The position numbers were made by a program, and so were the translations under genes. A DNA stretch of 63,901 nucleotides, filler included, from Octopus bimaculoides (taxonomy: Eukaryota): the NCBI RefSeq assembly GCF_001194135.2. It is 7 parts of 6 records of this genome, joined end to end, with 100 filler letters (N's around TTAATTAATTAA, not from the genome) between each part and the next. Parts side by side here need not be neighbours in the genome. Positions count along the whole stretch, not along the records: positions 1 to 31,772 come from NC_068987.1; 6 more parts are not named here. One strand, written 5' to 3'. Shown here in pieces: positions 14,322 through 29,395 of the stretch. The notes beneath the pieces are model-generated. The model made no database searches, was not told the DNA's origin, and worked only from the letters and a program-made list of their open reading frames with translations. Position 1 is the stretch's first letter; each line of letters starts with the position of its first letter.

Positions 14322-15341
14322 ATGCCATGTACAAAAGAAGCCTTGGAACTCTTTGAATTTCAAAGAGGCCATATTGAGGGTGATTCAGAATGTGGACATA
14401 GTATAACATCAGAGAAAAGTTTGGGATCCCCATCTCTACAGTTAATAGAGTGTTTGTTCAATTCACCAGTGAGGGGAAGGAGTTCACATCACCTCGCCCA
14501 TGTTGATCAGAGCTCTCTGACAGGACCCTTCACTTTGTTAAGAGAAGTATGGAGGATAATGTTCGTTGCAAGGCCTCTGACATACCAGAACACGTTTCTG
14601 CTAGTCCCACAACAGCTGTCAGTTATCTCCACAAACTTGACTACTATGGCAGAGCAACAAGAAGGAAGCCACTTCCTTGACCAGCCAATATCAAGTAGAG
14701 AAAAGAATGGGTCAATGAGATGGTGGACAGGCCACTATCAGTTTGGAACACTGTCTTATTCTCCAATAAGTCTAAATTTGCTGTATTTTCTGAAAGTGCT
14801 CAAGTGTGGGCCTGGAGATGCTGTGATCAAGAATTCGACGTAAGAAAGTTGCAGCCAACGATGAAACATGGCAGCTATTCTGTGGCTGTCTGAGGAGCAA
14901 TTTGGAGCAATTTGCAATGAGAGCTGGTGGAGTGTAAGAGAAAAATAAACTCAGATAAAAGAAATATGTCCATATTGCAGAAAGGGCTGCTTCCAATCTT
15001 TTCCAGTGGTGAAATGATTAAAGAAAACTCTTTATTTATGGAAGATGAGGCTCCTTGAAATACTGCTAAAATGATCCAAGATTTGTTGGATGAGAATGTC
15101 ATTAAAAAGCTTCTATGGCCAAGCCAGTCACCAGATAGGAACCCTATTGAACACATCTGAGGCATAATGGACAGGACGTTTCATAGAAAGAACAACAAAG
15201 CATCTTCAAAGCCAGATCTTTTGAGATTACTGCATGAAATTTAGCAAGAAATTCCGCAAGAGAATATACGTTATCTGATCATTACCATGCCTAAGAGGGT
15301 CCTTGCATTGAAAAATGCAAGGGACATGTCTAATAAATATT
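14322..15341 (+). mobile_element. Decayed Tc1-like transposase (DD34E)
   Basis: N-terminus MPCTKEALELFEFQRGHIEG. C-terminus D-EAP*NTAKMIQDLLDENVIKKLLWPSQSPDRNPI-E has 34 residues between D and E. Frameshifts and stops present. Confidence 0.85.
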
Positions 15342-15800
15342 AAATATTCACATTATAACAATTAATAAATAGTTTGAATATATAATTTCAGATTTAAATA
15401 AATTTTGACGTTTACAAGGGTGCATTTTTTCTTCTCTCAATTCGTAATTGTGGTCTTAGGTGCACTTTGCTTCAGAAAAAAGACAGGATTGTCGTGGTTA
15501 GGATGTCTGCTTCATGTATCTTTTGTATCGCACAGCAACAAGAACAAATAAAGCCAACATTCTCATTAAAGTATTCTCATTTATCTTTATGGTCCTTTTC
15601 AGGTAGACCACATCAACAGAAACATCATCAACAATCAATACTAAAGACCTCCATCACTGTTAACACCAACTTCTAATACGATCTGAATCGACACACGTAT
15701 CAATATGTTGAACATGTGCAGCTTTCAGAGAAAGTTAGGCAGTACGGTATATGTAACTACGATGTTTTCATGTATATAGTTCTATATGTACACGCACGCA

Positions 15801-15875
<75 letters not shown>

Positions 15876-18740
15876 GTTAATTTTTGGAAGTATGATGAAA
15901 GTATAAATAGATAGACACACAGATACACTTACGCACACATATTCCTCACCAGCCTACCTATTTACGTATATGTGCGTGAGTGTGTATGTATGTATGTATT
16001 TTGTTTGTATGTATGTACATATGCATGTATGTGTGTATGTATGTATGTATGTATGTATGTATGTATGTATGTATGTATGTATAAATATGTATAAGAAATG
16101 GATCGAAATTTCTTCCCGATCCATAGGCTCAAAAGGCTCATTTCTCGGTTTCTGTGGTATACGCATGTGTCTGGTCAACGTTTATTTAGAGTAACAACAA
16201 CAGCAGCAACAATAACATATCTACTCCTTTCTCCATCAACAACAAAACCAACGACAGAATATATATTTGATTGCTGGAAATAGCAGACGCATATGCCTCA
16301 AAACTCACCATATCGACTTCAGAACACGTAAAAATATATTGGATAGTATATACTGTTCAAAGAAATACAGAAGAATAGAAATATGCAATGAAAGAAGGAT
16401 ATCGTATAGTGTATTCTGTTGAACGTAAGATTTGGATATATAGAAAGAAGGAAAAAAAATGTAGGTGGTATATACATACTTCAACAAAGAGCAAAATATA
16501 TTAGAAATGGGTCAGTCTCTTAGACCTAATAAAAGACAGCAGACGGACGAAAAGAACCAAAGAGTGAATTCCGGGTGGATGGTTGAGAAGGAAGGGCAAA
16601 CAGAAAAGGAGATGAAGGAATGGCATTGAAGGATACATGCAGATGATGTTAAGGATAAGTCTGTTATGGACTACAATGAAGATGGGCAGGAAGCGGTCAA
16701 GGAGAATTGAAGGAGATACGTCCAGTAGTGAACTGCTATATACTAAGAGAACCGAAGAAAGAAATACAATCCGCCATATACTACTTGTAATAAAAAATAT
16801 AATAAAAATTAAATATAAAACTTTAAGTTGAATGCTTGTTATCGTAGGTTTCGTTTTTTGTTATCTCAGCCGACAAAGAATTAAACAACAACGACAAAAT
16901 AATGAGAACGTTGGCAACGTCGTTAGTGGTAGCGATGGTGACGACGGTGGTAGCGATGATGACGACGGTGGTGGTTGCAGTGACGGCGACAGCGACGACG
17001 ACGACACCAACGCTGCTATGGTCATCAACAACACTTCCACCCTACAAAACTCAAAATATATCCACGTCATGAATACCACCCCCAAAACGAGCACAACTCC
17101 TCAGAACGAACGAAATTAGCAGTCACTTTATTCTAACCATGACCACCACCACTGTCATAAACATATCACCCACATCATTACCACCAGTATTATCATCTTA
17201 ATCATCACGACCACCACCATCACCTTCACCGTCATCACCGTCACTATCACCCACCATAACCACATTACCATCACCAGCATCTTATAGTAAACATATCGCA
17301 CGTTCGGATGACCTCTACTCAACTACCCCGACGTCTAGACTTCTCCTTCTATATCTACGTATTGGGCTAGCCTACTTCATCGTCTGGGGGCGTCGACACA
17401 ACATAAACTATCAGCATTGCGGCTATGAAGACCATCACCAACAATGACACATTAGATGATTCACAATTGCATCCCCCACAAAGTTTACCATTCATTAAAA
17501 TAGTTTTTAATCTAATTACAAGGCCATCATTATTGGTGACAGGAAAAAAAAGCAACAAGCTGGCTGAATTGTTAGTGCGCATGGCAGCAAAATGCTTACT
17601 GGCTTTTCAAATTCCACCATGGCTGTCTTCGATTTTCATTCTTTCAGGGTTGATAAAAAGAGTACCAGTTGAATATTCAACTCATCTCCCGAAATTGCTG
17701 GTCTTGTGCTAAACTGGGAAAATAATATTAATGGCAGGAAATCAGTTGTTACCGATGACACCAATACGCTACCGCTAGTATATTTTGTCGACCCCGAAAG
17801 TATAAAAAGTACAGATGACCTCTCCCACATGTGAAATCAGGAAGCGAGCTTGGATATAAATAACATATAATTCACAATACTACAATCATATTAAAAATAA
17901 ATATAAAGAATAAAGAAAAAAAACAGCAAACCACTATCACCAACAGCAGCATACACAGCACTACCACCGTTGCAGCCATCTACGAGTTCGCTGCCATTAA
18001 CACCAAATATATATATTCTAACTTCTCTCTCCAATACAGCCACCATTCACTAACATTATTAACAGAAATACCACCATCAACACAACCACAATCATCACTA
18101 ACACCACCACCACCACAATCATCACCAATACCACCAACACCATCAACACCACTAGAAACATTACCACCAAAATAAACATCACTCCAAAACCACCACTACT
18201 TCACCTTTCATATCCCCGTCCAACAAAAACGCCATTACCGAAACTACTACAGAACCGCAAACAGCGCAACCGCCAGCCAGTACAACCACCACAACAAATA
18301 TATTTACACCAACACAAACACTAGCATGATAAGCACAAACATCCCCGATACCGCTTCCATTATCATAACGCTAACATCATTATTACCTCCTCAGTCATAT
18401 AACGAGAAAAAGAAGCTATTTCTAGATCTATAATATAACAATACCTCTTCTATATCAACAGAGCATTGTTAAAACTACTTCAACTCCACAACGATTCATT
18501 CTAACACACGATTATTATAAATACATATATACGGTTTTTCTTTTGCTAATTCATTCGTGTACTTGTTACAGTTCTCAAACAGTTGCATTGCTGGAGCACC
18601 GCATTGACGTGTGTAGACGCCCGCACTCTCTCGTACACACACACACACACACGCACGCACACACACACACACACACATACACACACACATACACACGCAC
18701 ACACGTACATGCACACACACACATATGTGAGAGTAAATGC

Positions 18741-18838
18741 ATACATACACCCATACATCCACATACACCCATACATCCACATACACCCATACATCCACAT
18801 ACACCCATACATCCACATACACCCATGCATCCACATAC
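18741..18838. repeat. 18-bp minisatellite (catacacccatacatcca)n, about 5 copies
   Basis: Direct reading; produces the VDVWVY and GCMWMY pseudo-ORFs. Confidence 0.9.
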
Positions 18839-18968
18839 ACATATATATGTATCTTCTACTTGTTTCATCATTAAACAGCGGTCATGCTGCAGCACAGCTT
18901 TAAAGAGTTTTAGTGGAACTAGTCAACACCATTTTACTTATTTTTTTTCTTTTAAGATTGTTAGTTAT

Positions 18969-19005
<37 letters not shown>

Positions 19006-19399
19006 NNNNNNNNNNNNNNNNNNNNNNNNNNNNNNNNNNNNNNNNNNNNNNNNNNNNNNNNNNNNNNNNNNNNNNNNNNNNNNNNNNNNNNNNNNNNNNN
19101 NNNNNNNNNNNNNNNNNNNNNNNNNNNNNNNTATGTATGTATATATATATATGTATATTTACAAAGTGGGTGCTATGCGTAAATTGTAGCCAGTTTATAT
19201 CTTTAATTTCGCGCACGTCCACTATTTGTTTTTGCTTTTGCCGACGATACATTATAGTAGGGTCATTAAAGCACTGTCTGTGAGAGAAACAGCACCATGA
19301 CGCAATTTTCTCTGCCAGAAATTTGGAAACAACAAGCTGCATTGCTTGACATTCACGCATTAACCTCCAATGCAAACATTTCAAAGTGTTTGGGTGTCA

Positions 19400-20060
19400 A
19401 TCTAAGTGTTTGCCGTATCTCCCAAAACATGTGCCGAGAGTAATATGAATCAAACATCCAGCCAACATCATGGTGTTTGGAGTGATCACAAATGATGGCA
19501 TAGATATATCTCCATTCATCTTCCCACATGGCCTCAGACTCAACACCGAAGCCAAAGCCAAGTACCTGGAAGAGGTAGTACTGCACTGGATCACGAGGGT
19601 GGCTGCTGGAAGACCCTATGTCTGGTAGCAGGACTCTGCACCAGGCCACACAAGCAGGAGAACCCAGTTATGGCTGTCAGATAATTTCTTCGACCACATC
19701 ACTCCTAACATCTGGCCATCTAACTTCCGAGACTGCAACCCCTTGATTATTATCAGTGGGGCGCAGTTCAGCGAGAGAGCAAGAAAATTCCTTGAAACGC
19801 CAAAGGGGATCTGAAGACAAAGGATTATGACAGCATTCACCAACTTAAACGAGGAGACCTTCCAGAAGAATTGCAAGAGATTCCAAAGTTGCATTGAAAC
19901 CGTGGTTGAAGTCAATAGGGATTTTATTGAATAAATATACTCTTTAGTATTCCAAGACATTTTCATTTAATTTGGGTAAATATATCTGTAAAAATGAGAT
20001 GTCAGTGTTATTTTCATTTTTGCGTAATTTGGATGACAATTTATTCACCGCAACTTGTAT
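19400..20060 (+). mobile_element. maT-type (DD37D) transposase, C-terminal half, decayed
   Basis: KHPANIMVFGVITNDG...RPYVW*QD-SAPGHTSRRTQLWLSDNFFDHITPNIWPSNFRDCNP(L)-D; 37-residue spacing after restoring a 1-nt frameshift. Confidence 0.85.
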
Positions 20061-20069
20061 ATATTCTTT

Positions 20070-20470
20070 CATTCTTTTACTTGCTTCAGTCATTTGAGTG
20101 CAGCCATGCTGGAGCACCGCCTTTAATCGACCTCCAAGACCTATTCTCTGTAAACCTAGTTCTTATTCTATTGGTTTCTTTTGCCGAACCACTAGGTAAC
20201 AGGGACATAAACACACAAGCATCAGTTGTCAAGTGATGGTAGGAGAATAAACACAGGCACACAAATATATACATATACACCTCACCATATATATATATAT
20301 ATTATTTTACTCTTTTACTTTTTTACTTGTTTCAGGCATTTGATTGCAGCCGTGCCCGAACACCGCCTTAGAGGGTTTCAGTCGAAGCAATCGACCCCAC
20401 GACTTACTCTTTATAGGCCTAGTACTTATTCTACCGTACTCTTTTGCCGAATCGCTCGGAGCATTTGCGT
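20070..20470 (-). mobile_element. Two SINE family A tail fragments
   Basis: gctggagcaccgccttta...cttttgccgaaccactagg occurs twice (about 20080-20260 and 20310-20460). Confidence 0.8.
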
Positions 20471-20758
20471 TTACAAGTAAAATTTGGTAGTCGGAAACTG
20501 TGTGGAAGCCCATCGAAATTCTGTTTGTGTGTAACTGAAAAAAGCGACATTGTCAGTCACTGTATCTTACAGTCACACTTCCATCAGCCTGAGATTACAT
20601 TAAGGCTACACATACTTCAGGTATACTTATATGCCAATTCAATGAACACGTATTTTAATTAATCAAACAACTGAATATTCATGATCAAAACATCTGGAGG
20701 ACTGTTCACTTAACACATACATACATACATACATGCATACACACACACATATATAAAC

Positions 20759-20823
<65 letters not shown>

Positions 20824-20957
20824 CAAACACACATTTATATATATATACATGCACACATACAAATGGAGGTATGCGTGTGTGTATGTGTGTGTGCGCGCGC
20901 GTGTGTGTGTGTGCGTGTGTGTGTGTGCGTGTGTGCGATTGTGTGTGCGTGTAATAT

Positions 20958-21174
20958 TGATATCGAATCCAGGTAAAGCCAGACACAGGGAAAAAGTCAC
21001 GGTAATAAAGTGACAATAGTTATGTCCAAGGGGATTTTGTCCTCGGGTGGCGTGTGTCCGGATCCCATAAATTAATTGTGACTTTTTTTCCTGTGACTCT
21101 TTTCCTAGCAAAAGTTGTGACTTTATTATTGTGACATTTTCCCTGTGACTTTATTAGCGCTCACCTCGATATCA
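20958..21174. repeat. MITE-like element with subterminal GTCAC/GTGAC repeats
   Basis: Termini tgatatcga/tcgatatca; cacagggaaaaagtcac versus gtgacattttccctgtg; tgtgactt repeated internally. Confidence 0.65.
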
Positions 21175-21426
21175 TACGTAATATGTGTGTTGTTTAAAAG
21201 TATTTCACCTGCGGTATTTTGTTCAGGGAAGCTCTGTTGAATGACGAAGAAACAACGAAATATGGATATCTGCCATACACTTTCACTACTGTGGCAATTC
21301 ATTTCACCATGCTTTGAAGTATACAGTAATTTTTAAACAGCCCACGTCTCTAAAGTGGTCTTACTTGAACGAAATATCACAGTTCAAATGCATTCACACA
21401 ATGTACATACATTAAGCGTATGACAA

Positions 21427-21474
<48 letters not shown>

Positions 21475-22355
21475 TTATGTATGTATGTATAGTGAGAAAT
21501 TACAAAAAAAAAAACAAAAGACGAAGTCGGGTGTGTAAACAACAAAAGAGATTTAAGCCGGCCATATCTGGACTAAATGTTCTTCCTGTTACATGTTCAG
21601 ATGAGCCCGATATCACCTCTCATACCAATCCTACATTGCCAATCTAAAAATTTACGATCACATCATCAAAATCTCAAAGCTATGAAATAAGGAACGATAA
21701 TATTAAGTCTAGGTGAACAAATAGTCATTATGTTTGACAGAATAATCTGACTACTAAAGGGCTGAATATACCCCAGTACTAAGCTGTTACTTTAGTAAAT
21801 CAGTTAGTCTCTGGGCTATGGAAAAGATAAAAACCAACATAAATTATACAAACACACACACACACACACACATACATATTTATATATAGCTATATATGGC
21901 CACGCGAATTTTTTGCTCCGCTTTCCCAGTTCTGTCATAACCTTGCTTTATACAGAAACTAAACTATCATAAGACTTCTTACGACATGTCTTCGAGAGTT
22001 ACGCTAGCAATAACATTAAATGTGGATCAGAAACAAAGTCAATCGTTATCTTTAAAATAACGAAACACGTTCCTCTGATATGCTGTAAATGATATTCACT
22101 GCTGAATCAATGGTACGAAAATCCGTAATTTTATGCATCAAAATAAATATATCAAAAATAATTTCTAGATTTCCTGAAACTAAATATTAATGTAAATCTA
22201 CGTGTATTAATAGTTCGAGTGAGTTGTAATCTCAATTTCCATACCTTATTTTTATTTCAGTACAGAAAATTCACACGAGTGAGAATTAATTTTCTTTAAT
22301 GAAAGGACTGTAAGGAAATTAAGATATTATTTCTCAACTTCTATTAAAACAATGA

Positions 22356-22406
<51 letters not shown>

Positions 22407-24603
22407 GAAATGTTTATATTAGCACGAAAACAAGACATTATAGAAAATGGCCGTAGTAAATTTTAAAGATCGTTATGCCTGGTTGTTACTTATATGAATG
22501 AACACCATTTCAAGTCATCAATATAATTAGCCTTCTTGTAGTAGCTATAACATTATAAAACCTTGTAGGCAAGTGTTAGACTTCTTCTAATGAGAAGGTC
22601 TAATACTACAGGAACAACTGGAATTGTCAGCTCATATATCTATCAAATTAACTGCCCGTCACATATCTCCATTTCAATTTTAATGCATTTTATGTGTCTT
22701 AATTTTGCCATTCTTGACGAGAATCGTCATTAACAATAATAAATTACGTCTCATTACCATTGGAATCTTAATTGATAAAAATTCTTTCATGCTCACTACA
22801 TTAATCGTTTTAGCCAAACATATTGAAATACATTTACAGTCAACCTTGAGAGGCTTTGAAGTCAGCATATACATAGTATTAACTAAATTCGTTCATATAA
22901 ATTTACTTGGGAGGTTTAGAATTTTTGTCATTCCAGGAATTCTTATATTCCCAGACAGTTATGTATCTGTAGTTTAATCGACACAGAGTACTCTACTGAT
23001 ATATATGTTACCTCTTTCAGAAGCGTTTGCACTTTGTCTTAACGCATACTCACTTTTATAGCACTCCATTCTTGTAAAGTTCCATAAAGCATCGTAGCTG
23101 GGTGTATTTTTTCTTTATAGTTTTAAGCCACGTTTATGAGAAAACATAATCTGTCGTATAGACATTGTCATTAGACGCATTAACTTTATTAGTGAAACGG
23201 AAGTAGATAAATAATTACTGGAAATAGGATTTCCTGAATAGTTTCAATTTCCTAAATTACCTGATATAGAAATTTTCCACTTTGACACAGTGTGGTTGAT
23301 ACATCCTTTCAGATTAAGAGTTTAGTCTGTCTTAACTCTCACAAATACCCAATGTTGATAGTTTTTAAGTTCTCAATCTTTATAACCTGCAAATATTTTA
23401 AAGTTATTGCTGTCTTTATTTACTATTTCGTTGACCAATCCATATGCGTACACATATTTTCAAAAAACTTTATCTTTTCTTTTCTTTTGATTATATTATT
23501 TTCCATTTTAGCAGCCAGTATGTCAGAGGACATTCATAGAAGCGTTTTTTATATTGTTGGTAAACATTAATATTTGCCTATGGTATCTATGGTAAGATTC
23601 ATATTAGTTTTAAAGATTCACCTTTTCACTGGCGATCAGTTTATGTTGATTGAACTATTTATTGTAATTCATTACACGCTGACACACATTCATTTATAAT
23701 AGTTAAGCAGAATACTGAGACATCAGTGACTTTATAAGTTCTGCAATCATTGCATTGTTAAATTCGAGTTAATATCTGAAAATACAAAGAAATATCCATG
23801 TAAATTCTTTTCTAGATTACAGTGTTAGGTGTCATGCATACCTAATAGAAATTTGAAATCACTTCTTGCATGACTACCTCATTCTGTGGACTCACGTTGT
23901 TTACAACTTAATCATTTCAAGCTCGTAGTAAATAACATAAACAACATTAAAGGTCACAATGAAATGCAGTTAAAATCAAAACTGACATAAACGTCGTATC
24001 TGTCAGCCGATACAAACAACCCACTAGAAACGATGTCTACCATTTAGTTCTTAACACACAAAGTACACAAAAATAAATATGCCGTTTAATCTAACGCAAG
24101 AAATATACTCAATATTTCTACTGTTGAAATTATAATAATAGTGTCCAGGAATTAAAACAAACACGACAATGGACAAAATACTATTCCGAAACACCAACAC
24201 AACTAACACAACCCATGAAGCACCGAGACATATATTGTCCGTCAAAACAGTTCATTATTGAAACACGCGAAATATATATTTTATAATAATTCTCCTATTC
24301 ATTACATTACTTAGCACGTGATTTGAAAAAAAGAGGGAGAAAGAAAAGAGGGAAGAGAAAAAGAAGATAAAGTGAAGATTGAGGCAGAAAGAGAGATAAA
24401 GTAAAAGAGGGGAAGGGAGAAAGAAAAAGGGGAGAGGGTATATACGGAGAGAGAAGCGTCCATGGCATATGGTTGGGGGAACGTAATATTTCTTATGTGA
24501 TTAACAAAGTTAGTTGATGGAAGTGATATAGATGATAGTTAGGAATATAATTTCAGCAGAGGGGTGATGTTCTGACGGCGAGATTAAAGGAGGACAGAGA
24601 GAG

Positions 24604-24654
<51 letters not shown>

Positions 24655-25689
24655 GATGACGACGATGATGGGGGTGGCGATGATCATGTGTGCATAGTGA
24701 AAATTAATTCTTTTAAGAATTGAATTAAGTTTTTTTATATCACTTAACCCATGCATATTCCATACTTGCCTTTCCCTTTAGACAGAAACACGCTTCCTGT
24801 TCGCCTGTCATATGCAAAGACTATCAGATAATCACCAGGGTGGACATTTGATAAAAGTGAAGGGGGAGCTGTTCTTGCTTGACCATATATTCGGCCATGG
24901 TTAGCTATATTTTGCATTCTTAAGAGCTTGCAAATTATCTGATGTAAGAGTTAAAGTTATCAACACTGACAAAAAAAAGAAGAGGGAGAACTTACACGAA
25001 GAACAGTCTTCAAAGAAGTATTGGATTCAAAGGTGTACGGAAATTGAAATGTATATTGGCTCTGACTCATCGCGTTGGCTTATAATTTACCAAATATGTG
25101 GTTTTCAGAGTATGCTATGTTGCATTAAATTTTTACTCCCGTGAAATTTAAACCCCTATGTTTTACATATAAAATAATTTTTTTTACTATAACGTTTTGA
25201 CCCTATAAATTTAAAAATGCAATTTTTCTATTCGTGGGAACAATGGAAAAATATAAGTGTTGTGTATCTTATGAGTACTGTATATTGAAACTGGAAAATT
25301 GTGCATAAAGTTATTAACATATATATGAGTGTGTGTGTGTATGTATACATATATATATATGTATGTGTATATATGTGTATGCATGTATGTATGTATGCAT
25401 GTATGTATGTATGTATATATGTATATATATATATATATTTAAGGATAAGATCGTTGTTTAAAATCCCGATCATATCAGGTGGCTAGCTTGGGAATAAAAA
25501 CCTCATAGGTAATAATTATTATCAAAATTATAATTAAGGGTATCTAAATGATACCACCACGCTAGATATAGCAGTCAAAAATTGACTCTAACACTACACT
25601 AAGTGTTCAAACAGCATCAGGTGAGAAGACACCGGAGGAGACCAAAGGTAAACTATGTTTGGGAGAAATTTAAATTGTCATAATTCGGA

Positions 25690-26250
25690 TGGCTCTCCTG
25701 CGTCTTGAATTGATCTGCATTTAGCACATACGATTTAAATCTCCTCTGGCACTGTAGTTGTGATAGTCCACTCAGACATGTTTGGTTCTTTGGCGATGAC
25801 CTCATTGATTTTTTTTGGGGGATCAACATCGATAAACTTTTTAATCTCTTGGATGAATTGTGGAGTCATCATACTGGGTGAACGTTCAGAATGTATTAAG
25901 CTCGTGAGTGTGTTTGGTTTGTTTGTGTTTGCGCGCGCGTATGTGTGTGTATACGTGTATGTGTGTGTGCGTATGTGTGTTAGAGTGTATGTATGAGTGT
26001 GTCTTTGATATAGTTGAATCATTCCTACCAGAGTCCACCGATCCCAACTGAACTTTATTTTGCAAAAATCTTGCAAAATTTAGAATGATGACACGTTCTA
26101 GATCTCTGCGTTCTGTAGATATGGCAGCAATGTGTGTATGTCTTTTCATCGTCTCTGTTACTATCCTCGCTGTCACGTGGGAAGCTGGAAAAAGTAAAAT
26201 TCTTTTAATCGTTTTGAAGAAAGTTAACATACTAATAATGAAGTGTCATC
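25690..26250 (-). mobile_element. maT/mariner-like transposase N-terminal (HTH) fragment interrupted by a microsatellite
   Basis: MKRHTHIAAISTERRDLERVIILNFARFLQNKVQ...STISK, then after the (TG)n tract SERSPSMMTPQFIQEIKKFIDVDPPKKINEVIAKEPNMSEWTITTTVPEEI-KSYV. Confidence 0.7.
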
Positions 26251-26783
26251 CAACACCTCGAAGATAATATATGTATGTGTATACATGAAAACACACACAC
26301 ATACGTATATTTACAGAAGTATGGTGAAGCGATTTTATGAAAATTATGCAGTTGATTTCCGGAAGAAATTGGAAAGTAATTGAAAGTTAAATATATTCAA
26401 TCTCGATTCGAACCGATGCCACATTTGGTCATAACCTGAAGGCCAGATATCGCTACTCATTAGTAACTCCAAGAATAAACTATCTAATTACACCATGTCA
26501 AGTGGAAGTAATTTATACGGGGAATAATAGTATGCAGAAGAGGTAACGGTTTGTGTTAACATGCGATGTAAGCTGACCGATAAAAGAAATCGAACTGCAG
26601 CAGAGTGCGCACGCGTATGTGTGCTTGTGTGAGTAGTGAAGTTACTGGTGGGTGAAGAAAAACACTTGCGATGAAACACGATACACAAACAGACGCATAT
26701 ATGCAAATGTATAAACATTCATACAATTCTATATAAAGATGCATACACATATACATGTCTCTTACGTGCTCCGCTCACTCACG

Positions 26784-26830
<47 letters not shown>

Positions 26831-28017
26831 TATAGTACGCGTCTATGTAAATGTATACGTTAATACCTGCATCTAACAGTTACACTGAAGACATTCGGTG
26901 TACGAGACTTGTGTGTATTTTTGCTACTATAAAAGGTTATATAAAGTTATATATTCAGAACACGTTTCCTTTGATTTCTTGTCACACAAAGGAAGAGAAG
27001 AAAACACAAAATTTTTAAAATATTTGCTACATCCCTATGTTGAACCATACATAACTTTTGCAATGTCTTTGGGACACAGAGTTGTCTTGTCTTTTCTGTT
27101 TCTTTTTTTTTTCTTTTTCGTCTCTAAATATCTTATAAGAACAAATCCAAATTAGACAAAGGAAAACGCAAATAACACTTACGTTCTTTTTTTTTTTTTT
27201 TTGAGAAAGGAAGGAAATAGAAAGACAACGGTTTTTTTTTCGATACTAGTATATTCATCACTCGCACATATAAATATATATATATATATATATTATATGT
27301 TGTTATTATTTTTACTACTTTTTTAATTACTCTTCTTTATATGTTTTGTGTCTACAGATCTATTTTTTCTTTTGTGCCATGATAATTGTTCAAGACAAAA
27401 GCATGGATATTGCTACACGTTTGGTAAAGGTAGGGGCGATATTGAAACAATGCGAGAAAAAAGAGTGGTGCACAGAATAGACACAGGGCTGGTGATAATG
27501 AGTGCGACTAGCTGAGAGTGATAGTAAAGGTGAGGGTGAGAGGGTACATGGCAGCACTAGACCGGAAGCAACAATGCTAATATTTGGAAGCAGACTTTGT
27601 AACGAATCATTTGTTTAACGTGAATAGCATTACAACAAATAATCACACATAGAGGCAGACAGACAAATAGTCACCTATTTATGTATGCGCATATAACAGT
27701 GTGTTTATTTGAGTATGTATGTGTATGTTTGCATGTGCGTGTGTGTGTGTGTGTGTGTGCGTCTCTGTGTATGTGTGTGTATAAGCTAGAGACATTCAAG
27801 CTAAGCTCTATGTATTCATTATTCTTTCTGTTCTAACAATATTCCAATGAGCAGGTAAACCCAGAGATATCCCACTGACTCAAATTCATTCAATCGCGCA
27901 CACACAAACATATACGTTCTCAAATACACACACAACATACACATACACAAAGACACACACACACCCTCTCGCTTTCCTCTTTCTCTCTCTCTTGTTCTCA
28001 CCCGTTCTTGTGCGCGT

Positions 28018-28053
<36 letters not shown>

Positions 28054-28809
28054 ACTCTGTTTAACTGTGCACATGTATATGCATATGTGGCTAACCACGT
28101 AGGTATACAGACGCAGGCGTACACACACGTGCACACAAGCGTGTACACGCACGCACACACACATGCACACACACACATATATATATATACATACATATAG
28201 ACATATGAGTGTCTGTATTTATGAATGTATGCATACAAATATAACAAAAATCGATATATTTCTGTGTTTTAACACTAAACGTCTACAAGTGATGCTTTCT
28301 CCAGATAAATACACAATTTAGCAGACTCAAAAATGTATCTTCTGTACATGGGATATACAAACTTCTAGTTTGCATTTTATACCGGTTCTGTCGCTAACAT
28401 TAAAGTATTATTCAACCTGCTGATTAAATTTTGTGTTTTTTTCAACCACGGCCTAATTATACCAGTAACCGCCAAATGCCGGTTAACGGGTTGTGTCAGT
28501 TGATAACTAGCACTCACGAAGCTCAAAGATACAGAAATGTGTACTTACCCATGCCGCCGCATATTACAGAACAATTTTCGTCTAAAACTAATATATCTCA
28601 ATGTTTTTAATAGTATATAGTAACATACCTTCATTGAGTAAAATATATAGATTATATCCTGAACTAATAACCAAAAACCAATATATACGAAAATATATAC
28701 GTATGTGTCTGTCTGTCTGTCTGTATGTATGTATACATCTAAGTATACACACGTGTATATGAATATTCATTTGTATGTGTGTGTTCGTGTGTATGTGTGT
28801 GTGTGTATG

Positions 28810-28846
<37 letters not shown>

Positions 28847-28970
28847 CATAACTTGTTTTGTATGTGAGTATATATAAAACAAAAATGAAGTCTGTCCATG
28901 TATGTGTATCCACTTTTATGTGTGTGAGACAGTGCATATGCTTGTGAAATTTCATACGTGCATATATATA

Positions 28971-29009
<39 letters not shown>

Positions 29010-29012
<3 letters not shown>

Positions 29013-29225
29013 CTTTACTACCCACAAGGGGCTACACACAGAAGGGACAAACGAGGACAGACAAACATGGATTAAGTCGAATATATCGACCCCAGTGCGT
29101 AACTGGTACTTATTTAATCGACCCCGAAAGGATGAAAGGCAAAGTCGACCTCGGCGGAATTTAAACTCAGAATGTAACGGCAGACGAAATACGGCTAAGC
29201 ATTTCGCCCGGCGTGCTAACGTTTC
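29010..29225 (-). mobile_element. tRNA-derived SINE (family D)
   Basis: Reverse complement of gcacgccgggcgaaatgcttagc...gagtttaaattccgccgaggtcgactttgcctttcatcctttcggggtcgat. Confidence 0.85.
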
Positions 29226-29226
29226 T

Positions 29227-29260
<34 letters not shown>

Positions 29261-29332
29261 CATAGCATTATGTCGGAAAGAAGAAACAGAAAAGTCCAAA
29301 GGAAAAGGAATCTCCAACAACATGTGTATGGT

Positions 29333-29395
<63 letters not shown>

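Noticed and set aside
18741-18838. Regular repeat array considered as CRISPR-like
   Set aside because: Head-to-tail 18-bp units with no unique spacers, in eukaryotic DNA; a minisatellite.
23511-23559. Candidate exon after a strong acceptor (ASMSEDIHRSVFYIV or QPVCQRTFIEAFFILL)
   Set aside because: No recognisable homology and only a moderate donor.
28549-28581. 33-nt minus-strand micro-exon candidate (ttttag|...ATGG|gtaagt)
   Set aside because: No other antisense exons found to connect it to; such signals arise by chance in 64 kb.
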